This document shows positions 1 through 5,643 of a DNA stretch of 17,901 nucleotides, piece by piece. The notes below the pieces were generated by a model. That model had not been told where the DNA came from, ran no database searches, and was given only the letters and a program-made list of their open reading frames with translations. Where the stretch lies: contig JAJQCW010000039.1 of the NCBI GenBank assembly GCA_021202515.1, positions 1-17,901 on the forward strand, in the 5' to 3' direction. This DNA comes from Clostridiales bacterium (GTDB lineage Bacteria > Bacillota > Clostridia > Oscillospirales > Oscillospiraceae). The position numbers were made by a program, and so were the translations under genes. Position 1 is the stretch's first letter, and every line of letters begins with the position of its first letter.

Positions 1-2
1 AG

Positions 3-104
3 CTGGTGGACTACTCAGACGACCTGCTGGGCAATCCTGTTTATAAGAAGAAAACGCCGGACGGGTTTTCAGTATCCGATGGGCGAGACGATAAGATGGC
101 ATGA
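3..104 (+). CDS. 3' end of an upstream gene that runs off the left edge. Last 33 codons are ...LVDYSDDLLGNPVYKKKTPDGFSVSDGRDDKMA, with TGA at 102-104. Product unknown.
   Basis: Frame 3 is open from the window edge and ends 17 nt before the SD of the next gene. I recognise no homology signal. Confidence 0.3.
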   Translation: MVDYSDDLLGNPVYKKKTPDGFSVSDGRDDKMA

Positions 105-133
105 CTTGAACCGAAAGAGAGAAGGTGCAGCAT

Positions 134-520
134 ATGCCGGAAAACCGGCTGTTCCGGGTAGGGGAATACCTGGAGCGGTACAATGAAATAACCGGTCAGT
201 CTATCCCGCCCGGCGGCATTTATCAGTCTCCCGGCCTTGTCCGGCATATTGAGAAACGGCACCCGGAGAACGTGTCACAAATTGACCTGATACCGGAGAT
301 TCTGGCCGCTCCAGATTACATTGGACACAACCCCAAAGAGACGGACAGCGTGGAGATGGTCAAGGTGTACGGACAAAATTTGATGGTCTGTGTGAAGCTG
401 GATCGAAGGAAGGGTTATTTGTTTGTAGCCAGCTTTTTCAGTATCAGCCAGGGAAAGTTGAAGAACCGGCTCAACAGTGGCAGGCTGAAACGCCTGGAGA
501 AGAAAACAGAAACAGATTGA
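134..520 (+). CDS. Stand-alone PBECR-type (phage Barnase/EndoU/ColicinE5-D/RelE-like) nuclease-domain protein typical of ICE/prophage cargo
   Basis: ATG 134 lies 6 nt after AAGGTG (122-127). The track start GTG 125 sits inside that SD, so I prefer 134. The motifs GIYQSPGLVRHIEKRHPE, APDYIGHNPKE..SVEMVK, VCVKLD..KGYLFVASFF and RL.SGRLK match my memory of small PBECR modules. The family call is from memory and was not searched. Confidence 0.6.
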   Translation: MPENRLFRVGEYLERYNEITGQSIPPGGIYQSPGLVRHIEKRHPENVSQIDLIPEILAAPDYIGHNPKETDSVEMVKVYGQNLMVCVKLDRRKGYLFVASFFSISQGKLKNRLNSGRLKRLEKKTETD

Positions 521-545
521 CACCAGCGGCAATGTGTGGTATAAT
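517..545 (+). promoter_or_regulatory. Near-consensus sigma-A promoter: TTGACA (517-522), 17-nt spacer, TGgTATAAT (-10 at 540-545 with extended TG at 537-538)
   Basis: Read directly from the sequence. The -35 hexamer overlaps the TGA stop of the preceding CDS. A 14-nt perfect palindrome AAAGCATATGCTTT (556-569) sits right at or after the predicted start site (~552). Confidence 0.55.
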
Positions 546-551
546 ATAGCC

Positions 552-718
552 ACTAAAAGCATATGCTTTATTGAGCAGTGAGGTCGGAAAGGCTCCCGAC
601 GCTCCCGGAAACGGGAACCTGAGATGCAGGATACGCCGCCCTGCCATTGCTCAACAGGCCCCTGGCGGTAAGCGCCCCCACGATTTGGGGGAGAGCTGAG
701 ACCAGGGGCCTTATTTTT
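552..718 (+). ncRNA. Candidate ~165-nt structured RNA of unknown class, made of a 4-way junction domain and a terminator-like domain
   Basis: A 10-bp closing helix 571-580/645-654 (one G-U) encloses three hairpins: 583-587/596-600, 603-607/612-616 with a GAAA loop, and 626-630/640-644. A 10-bp GC helix 656-665/702-711 then encloses a C5/G5 hairpin (675-679/687-691) and is followed by TATTTTT (712-718). No credible ORF is present. All overlapping track ORFs are R/P/G-rich with no SD. Confidence 0.45.
656..718 (+). terminator. Possible intrinsic terminator: branched GC-rich helix AGGCCCCTGG...CCAGGGGCCT followed by TATTTTT
   Basis: A perfect 10-bp stem and a U-tract are seen directly. The 36-nt interior is atypical for a simple terminator. 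Confidence 0.35.
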
Positions 719-934
719 ACACAAAAACCGCTCCGGTGCAACCAACACCGAAGCGGTTCAAGGGGTGATAAAACAAAGAAACAGACAACGCCGAGCCAAG
801 CCCTGAAAGGGGAAGGTGTAACGACTGGACACGGAGCGACCCACCGGGCCGAAGGCACAGTCTGAACTCACGGGCAACTGTGAGAGCCGGGCGGAAACGA
901 CCCGGCCCCGCTGAAAGGCGGAGTAACAAATTGG

Positions 935-1141
935 ATGTCTATTAGCGACAAGCTTTCTGACGTTGTGTCCGGCATTGTTAAGCCCACCAGTATCGCGCAG
1001 ATGCTGAGTGATTCGTTCGAGGTGACTGCAAGCATTCCTGAACCCATCTCTGCCACCCTCGGCTCCTTCAACGCCATCAACACTACTTGCGAGGTGAACT
1101 ATCGCCCTGCCGTGGAGCAATCTGCGGTCTGCACTCCGTAA
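935..1141 (+). CDS. Hypothetical small acidic protein (68 aa), which may instead be part of a longer noncoding RNA
   Basis: The ATG has GGAG (920-923) 11 nt upstream, partly buried in hairpin 908-921. The composition looks protein-like rather than like GC-frame junk. No recognisable family, and it is not HTH-like or basic as an excisionase would be. Confidence 0.3.
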   Translation: MSISDKLSDVVSGIVKPTSIAQMLSDSFEVTASIPEPISATLGSFNAINTTCEVNYRPAVEQSAVCTP

Positions 1142-1351
1142 ATTCGGCGAACCTCTGTTTCTTTGTTTTACATATAGCGTTATCACCGAACAGAGAAATC
1201 GTATCTCCATCTGGTGATATAATAACACATTTGTCCGCACAGCGCAAGAAAAACCTCCCCCGGTGTTACCAGCACCAGAGGAGGCAAAAGGGTAGTGAAA
1301 GCTTGACGGGTTCCACTGCCCCCATTATACGACAATAAGGGGGTAAAATCA

Positions 1352-2521
1352 ATGAAAAAATGTATCTACGCCCGCTGTAAAAAGTCCATCCCGGACGACG
1401 CCGCATTTTGCCCCTACTGTGGCCGGAAGCAGCTCCACGAACCGGCCAAAAAGAAGCGGCGCAATCGCCCGAAGGGGACGGGCAGCGTCTACAAGCTGGC
1501 TGGGGACCGCCAGAAGCCGTGGTATGCGGTGTATCAGGGCAAGTCCACCGGGCAGACCTACGCCACCAGAGCAGAGGCCGAGGCTGCGCTGGAGCACATG
1601 GTGGGGGCTGTCCATCCCGATCTGTACGCCTACACCCTGGAGGATGTTTACAACGCCTGGTCAGATATTGCCTTCCGGGACATGGGGCGGGCATCCATGC
1701 GGGGCTACAAGCTGTGTTGGAGCTACGTCCCCGACAGCGTCCGGCGGCTCCGGGCGGCAGATGTCCGTACTGACGACTTTCAGCAGGTCATTGACGCCCT
1801 GCAAGCGGAGGGGAAATCAGACAGCACCGCCGCCCACGTCAAGGCTTTGTATTCCCATTTGTGCCAGTGGATGATTCAGCGGGACATCATCGGCACAAAC
1901 TACTCCCAGTTCATCAAAATCCAAAAGACACAGCGCCGACCCATTGACGTTTTCACCACCGAAGAGGTGGCAAAAATAAATGCCCTAGCCTCCCAGGGCG
2001 ACAGTTCCGAACGGCTGACACAGGCCGCCATGCTGACGATGATCTTTCTGTTCACCGGGATGCGGATCTCTGAAATTTTTACCTTGCAAACCGCCAATGT
2101 CCACCCGGAGGCCGACCCGCCCTACATCCAGGGCGGCGTAAAGACGGAGGCCGGACGCAACCGAGTGATCCCGATTTACAACCGGGTGCTGCCCTTCTTC
2201 CGATTCTTCCACAGCCGGGCGGACGGCCCGCTGCTTATCAGCGGCTACGACGGACGGCAAACTGCAAACGGCTGGCGTTCCAACGATTACAAGGCCATGC
2301 TGGAATATCTGGGCATCCCCTACAAGGTGCCACACAATACCCGCAAGACACTGGCCACCAATGCAGCCCAGGCCGGTATGGACCAGATGGCCTTGCTGAA
2401 GCTAATGGGATGGGCCGATGTGGCTGTGGCCAACAAATACTATATCGCGCCCACCGCTGCATACCTGGCGGCGGAGATGGACAAACTCCATGCGTGGGAT
2501 TCCAAGTTAGATAAAGGTTAG
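1352..2521 (+). CDS. int: Tyrosine recombinase / phage-type integrase with N-terminal zinc ribbon
   Basis: SD AAGGGGG (1337-1343) lies 8 nt before the ATG. The N-terminus carries C-x4-C-x10-C-x2-C (CIYARC...CPYCG). Catalytic-type motifs are R in TGMRISE, H-x-x-R in HNTRKT, the W/H position in MGWAD, and Tyr in ANKYY. Confidence 0.93.
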   Translation: MKKCIYARCKKSIPDDAAFCPYCGRKQLHEPAKKKRRNRPKGTGSVYKLAGDRQKPWYAVYQGKSTGQTYATRAEAEAALEHMVGAVHPDLYAYTLEDVYNAWSDIAFRDMGRASMRGYKLCWSYVPDSVRRLRAADVRTDDFQQVIDALQAEGKSDSTAAHVKALYSHLCQWMIQRDIIGTNYSQFIKIQKTQRRPIDVFTTEEVAKINALASQGDSSERLTQAAMLTMIFLFTGMRISEIFTLQTANVHPEADPPYIQGGVKTEAGRNRVIPIYNRVLPFFRFFHSRADGPLLISGYDGRQTANGWRSNDYKAMLEYLGIPYKVPHNTRKTLATNAAQAGMDQMALLKLMGWADVAVANKYYIAPTAAYLAAEMDKLHAWDSKLDKG

Positions 2522-2549
2522 ACTATAGTTAGATAATTGTTAGATTTGG
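2506..2549 (+). repeat. Four tandem, helically phased 11-bp direct repeats: GTTAGAtaaag, GTTAGActata, GTTAGAtaatt, GTTAGAtttgg
   Basis: GTTAGA occurs at 2506, 2517, 2528 and 2539, an exact 11-bp period. The repeats span the integrase stop codon (2519-2521) and the GC-to-AT composition break. Confidence 0.7.
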
Positions 2550-2635
2550 ATTGATTTTAATTAAATCCATGTCGTTTGATGGTTGCTAATTTCACTTATT
2601 CAGTCGAATATTGCATAACTTTTCATTTAAATTTT

Positions 2636-2695
2636 CTATAGGTTGCTGCTCCACAGGCAGCCTCCGCCGCCGCAGCCATTATTGCAGCATCCCAT
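2636..2695 (-). CDS. Candidate 19-codon micro-ORF MGCCNNGCGGGGCLWSSNL (4 Cys, 6 Gly)
   Basis: On the minus strand, GGAGGT (2708-2703) sits 7 nt before ATG (2695-2693), with TAG at 2638-2636. It is a GC-rich patch within AT-rich DNA. I found no convincing -35 upstream and no partner genes. Confidence 0.3.
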   Translation of the reverse strand: MGCCNNGCGGGGCLWSSNL

Positions 2696-2955
2696 AATAA
2701 ATACCTCCAACGATTCAGGAAATTTGCGCCCGGCTGTTGAAGCCGGTCACATTTTATCCTATGTTGCAGAGCAAAAAGGGTGCCTGGAGTATTTTCCGAA
2801 CCGAAGGGTACGGGCAGGCAAACGCAGCGCGGTTTGTTCGAAGTGTTCGTTTTGGAGCGCAGATTTGCGCCGTTTTACGTTCTGACGACAAAAAGTGGCA
2901 ATCAAATAGCTAAATTTTTGGGAATATTGGGCAACCCATTTGCAGCAAACAGCTA

Positions 2956-2984
2956 TTGTAAATTTTTATGAACTGGTGTAAAAT
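2956..2984 (+). promoter_or_regulatory. Candidate promoter for the polysaccharide operon: TTGTAA, 17-nt spacer, TAAAAT
   Basis: The hexamers are read directly at 2956-2961 and 2979-2984. This would give a leader of about 300 nt before the first GT gene. Confidence 0.35.
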
Positions 2985-3157
2985 AGATGTTGCGTCTATA
3001 AAAGGTGAGGTTAAAACGTTTTTCGTGCTAAAAAGGCTTAAAATATGCGGTTGAAAAGGCAAAAAGCTGAAATATCTTATGAAAAACCTATTTCAATAGC
3101 AAAATAAAAGGCTCTCTGGCGCAAAGTGCGGCGGGGCAGTCCAGCCACGGGTGCAAC

Positions 3158-3182
3158 AGACGCCACGGCGTCTCCCCTTTTT
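3158..3182 (+). promoter_or_regulatory. Terminator-like hairpin in the operon leader: AGACGC-cacg-GCGTCT, then CCCC, then TTTTT
   Basis: A 6-bp stem with a 4-nt loop (3158-3173) is followed by a T-run at 3178-3182. It could be an attenuator or antitermination target, or nothing. Confidence 0.25.
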
Positions 3183-3288
3183 ATGCAGTCCTCCTTCGGG
3201 ACGTGAGCCCCTCTACCTGCGTGACCCCATCCATACACAGCTTCCGGTTGTCTGCCGAGCTGCTTTTCAGTAGATTTAAGGTGATTCT

Positions 3289-4464
3289 TTGGTTGACTGG
3301 CAAATGAGCGACACTGATATCCCAAAACTGAAAATTGCGATGTTGGGACACAAGCGCATTCCGTCAAGAGAGGGCGGGATTGAAGTCGTTGTGGAAGAAT
3401 TGGCCGTTCGTATGGCCGACAAAGGGCACCAGGTCACCTGCTACAACCGCAGGGGGCATCATGTTGCCGGCGCTACTTATGACAGCAGTCTCTCCGCTCG
3501 CCTGCTCCATGCCGGGGTCAGGGTCAAACAGGTGCCTACCATCGACTGCAAAGGTCTTGCCGCACTGACGTCCTCGCTTTTCGCGGCCTTGGCAGCCGCC
3601 TTTGGCGACTATGACGTGGTCCACTTTCATGCAGAAGGTCCCTGCGCCATGATGTGGCTCCCCAAGCTGATGGGAAAACACTGTGTCGCCACCATACACG
3701 GTCTGGACTGGCAGCGAGCCAAGTGGAAGGGCGGTTTTGGCGAAAAGTACATCATACTGGGCGAAAAGGCTGCCGTCCGGTTTGCTGACGAGATCATCGT
3801 TCTCAGCGAGGGCGTACAGACCTATTTTCGGGACACCTATGGCCGGGAAACGACCCGCATCCCCAACGGAGTGACCAAACCGAAACCGTATCCTGCGGAG
3901 CTGATCCGGCAAGCCTATGGGTTGGAAAAGGACAGCTATCTGCTGTACCTGGGCAGACTTGTGCCTGAAAAGGGCGCTGCCGCCCTGATCAATGCTTTCC
4001 GGGGCGTGCGGACCGACAAACGGCTTGTCATCGCAGGCGGTTCTTCCGATTCCGACCAATTCGTGGAGGAGCTGCATCGGCTGGCCGCTGGCGACAGCCG
4101 GATCATCTTCACCGGATTTGTACAGGACCAGCGATTGGCGGAACTGTACAGCAACACTTACCTCTACGTGCTGCCCAGCGACGTGGAGGGAATGCCCCTG
4201 ACCTTGCTGGAAGCGCTGAGCTACGACTGCTGCTGCGTCACGTCAGATATTGCGGAGTGCGCCTCCGTGTTGGGCGGACACGGCATGACCTTCCCCAAGG
4301 GCGACATCGCCGCCCTTCGGGAGACATTGCAGACCCTGTGTGACGACGAGGCCACGGTGCAAAACTGCCGAAGGGGTGCTTCCGAGTTCGTCTGCGGAAC
4401 CTATCAATGGGATACTGTCGTAGATCAGACCCTGGAGATTTACAGAGCGAGCATGAAGAAATGA
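3289..4464 (+). CDS. GT4-family glycosyltransferase with DUF1972-like N-terminus (WchF/RgpA-like architecture)
   Basis: The N-terminal motif IAMLGHKRIPSREGGIEVVVEELAVRM is followed by C-terminal GT1/GT4 motifs (LGRLVPEKG..., PSDVEGMPLTLLEALS). The start is uncertain. TTG 3289 lies 5 nt after AAGGTG (3278-3283), and ATG 3304 and ATG 3340 are in-frame alternatives. Confidence 0.88.
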   Translation: MVDWQMSDTDIPKLKIAMLGHKRIPSREGGIEVVVEELAVRMADKGHQVTCYNRRGHHVAGATYDSSLSARLLHAGVRVKQVPTIDCKGLAALTSSLFAALAAAFGDYDVVHFHAEGPCAMMWLPKLMGKHCVATIHGLDWQRAKWKGGFGEKYIILGEKAAVRFADEIIVLSEGVQTYFRDTYGRETTRIPNGVTKPKPYPAELIRQAYGLEKDSYLLYLGRLVPEKGAAALINAFRGVRTDKRLVIAGGSSDSDQFVEELHRLAAGDSRIIFTGFVQDQRLAELYSNTYLYVLPSDVEGMPLTLLEALSYDCCCVTSDIAECASVLGGHGMTFPKGDIAALRETLQTLCDDEATVQNCRRGASEFVCGTYQWDTVVDQTLEIYRASMKK

Positions 4465-5561
4465 TACGAGTATTACAGTGCGTCAATAATATGCACAGAG
4501 CCGGGCTGGAAACCATGCTGATGAATTATTATCGCAGCATGGACCGCACCAGGCTCCAGTTCGATTTTCTGACCCATCGGCCGGAAAAAAGCGACTACGA
4601 TGACGAAATACTGGCACTGGGCGGCAGAGTGTTTTATGCGCCACGGCTGCTCCCCCAAAACTACCCCACGTACTTTCGCTACATGAAGCAGTTTTGGGCG
4701 GACCACCCGGAGTATCAAATCGTCCACGCGCACATCGACTCCATGAGCTATCTCCCGCTGCTGACCGCGAAGGAAGCTGGCGTCCCGGTGCGCATCGCCC
4801 ACAGCCACAACACCTCCATCGACCTGGACTATAAATACCCGCTGAAGCTCTTTTTTAAGGGCAGGCTCTCCTCTGTCGCAAACTACCGCTGTGCCTGCGG
4901 TCAGGAGGCGGGAAAATTCCTGTTCGGCGACGAGGACTTCACTGTGATCCCCAACGCCATCGAAGGGGACCGCTTTCTGTTCGACGCCAGGACCCGCGAG
5001 GAAATGCGCGCAGAACTGGGGATCGCACAGGACGAGTTCGTCATTGGCCACGTGGGGCGGTTGTGTCATCAAAAAAATCACCGTTTTTTGTTGAAAATAT
5101 TTACAAGCGTTTTGAAGCAGCGGCCCAACGCCCTCCTGCTCCTGGTGGGTACAGGGGAAAAGGAATCCGCCATCAGGCGGCAGGCCCAGGAGCTGGGCAT
5201 CGACAGTCACGTGCGCTTTTTGGGCAGCCGGGGCAACGTGGACCAATTATACCAGGCGATGGACGTACTGGTGTTGCCCTCCCTGTTTGAGGGGGTCCCT
5301 GTGGTGGGAATCGAAGCACAGTTTTCTGACCTGCCCTGCGTTTTTTCGAACAAAGTGCCGAATGAGGTAAAAATCAGCGAGAAAACCGTCTTTCTCTCGC
5401 TGGAGCAGCCGCCGGAGGTCTGGGCTGAGACCATCCTGGACTGTGAAAAAACGCCGCGGGTCCGGGGCGGGGAAGCCTACCGCTCCACCAGGTACAATAT
5501 CGAGAACGCCCATTCCACTTTGGAGGACTACTACATGGCGATTGCCGAAACACTCCCATAA
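4461..5561 (+). CDS. GT4-family glycosyltransferase, EpsF-like
   Basis: ATG 4461 overlaps the upstream stop as ATGA. The N-terminus MIRVLQCVNNMHRAGLETMLMNYYRSMDRTRLQFDFL is typical of EpsF-type GTs. The GT1 core is GRLCHQKNH...LPSLFEGVPVVGIEAQ. I rejected the track start at 4407 as an in-gene extension. Confidence 0.9.
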   Translation: MIRVLQCVNNMHRAGLETMLMNYYRSMDRTRLQFDFLTHRPEKSDYDDEILALGGRVFYAPRLLPQNYPTYFRYMKQFWADHPEYQIVHAHIDSMSYLPLLTAKEAGVPVRIAHSHNTSIDLDYKYPLKLFFKGRLSSVANYRCACGQEAGKFLFGDEDFTVIPNAIEGDRFLFDARTREEMRAELGIAQDEFVIGHVGRLCHQKNHRFLLKIFTSVLKQRPNALLLLVGTGEKESAIRRQAQELGIDSHVRFLGSRGNVDQLYQAMDVLVLPSLFEGVPVVGIEAQFSDLPCVFSNKVPNEVKISEKTVFLSLEQPPEVWAETILDCEKTPRVRGGEAYRSTRYNIENAHSTLEDYYMAIAETLP

Positions 5562-5643
5562 TCAGCCGCGCCCTCCCCTGTCGCACCGTTTGGAATCCAA
5601 AAGACGCATCCCCACACCGTTGGCAAGAACGTGGAGGTATCCA

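Noticed and set aside
552-934. Whether the structured region is a known RNA. I considered tmRNA (a common integrase target), RNase P RNA, 6S RNA, a cobalamin riboswitch (because of ...GAGACCAGGGGCC), SAM-I, and hammerhead (CUGAGAUG) or twister (UAAGCGCC...GGGGGAG) ribozymes.
   Set aside because: - There is no GGGG...UUCGAC 5' end, no tRNA-like 3' end and no tag ORF, so it is not tmRNA.
- There is no GGAAAGUCCGG-type RNase P core.
- The B12 box and GCCACUG are absent.
- The hammerhead core fails at G8 (CUGAGAU versus CUGAnGA).
- The helix architecture does not fit twister or SAM-I.

I therefore leave it as an unknown class rather than naming one.
758-1240. A 160-aa minus-strand ORF and the other track ORFs covering 568-929.
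   Set aside because: The translations are Arg/Gly/Pro/Ser-rich with no SD or domains. They run antisense through the hairpin-dense region, and the 758-1240 ORF also covers the 935-1141 ORF. This is more consistent with noncoding, GC-rich structured DNA.
1408-2462. Alternate-frame and antisense ORFs inside the integrase gene: 1408-1773, 1419-1874, 1266-1694(-), 1985-2335(-) and 2238-2462(-).
   Set aside because: The integrase frame carries the full catalytic motif set and a good SD. The others are compositional artefacts.
3100-3182. Possible c-di-GMP-I (GEMM-I) riboswitch in the operon leader, suggested by AGCAAAA...GGCGCAAAGUGCGG and by the EPS context.
   Set aside because: The segment between the GCAAA and CGCAAAG elements has no GNRA-capped P1a hairpin. 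The 3' half lacks the conserved pairing partner, so only a short word resembles the consensus.
2643-3367. Track ORFs in the AT-rich junction: 2643-2885(+) 80 aa, 2780-2971(+) 63 aa and 3077-3367(-) 96 aa.
   Set aside because: None has an SD, and some use non-ATG or weak starts. The proline- or arginine-rich translations show no family resemblance. 3077-3367(-) runs antisense across the operon leader and the start of the first GT gene.
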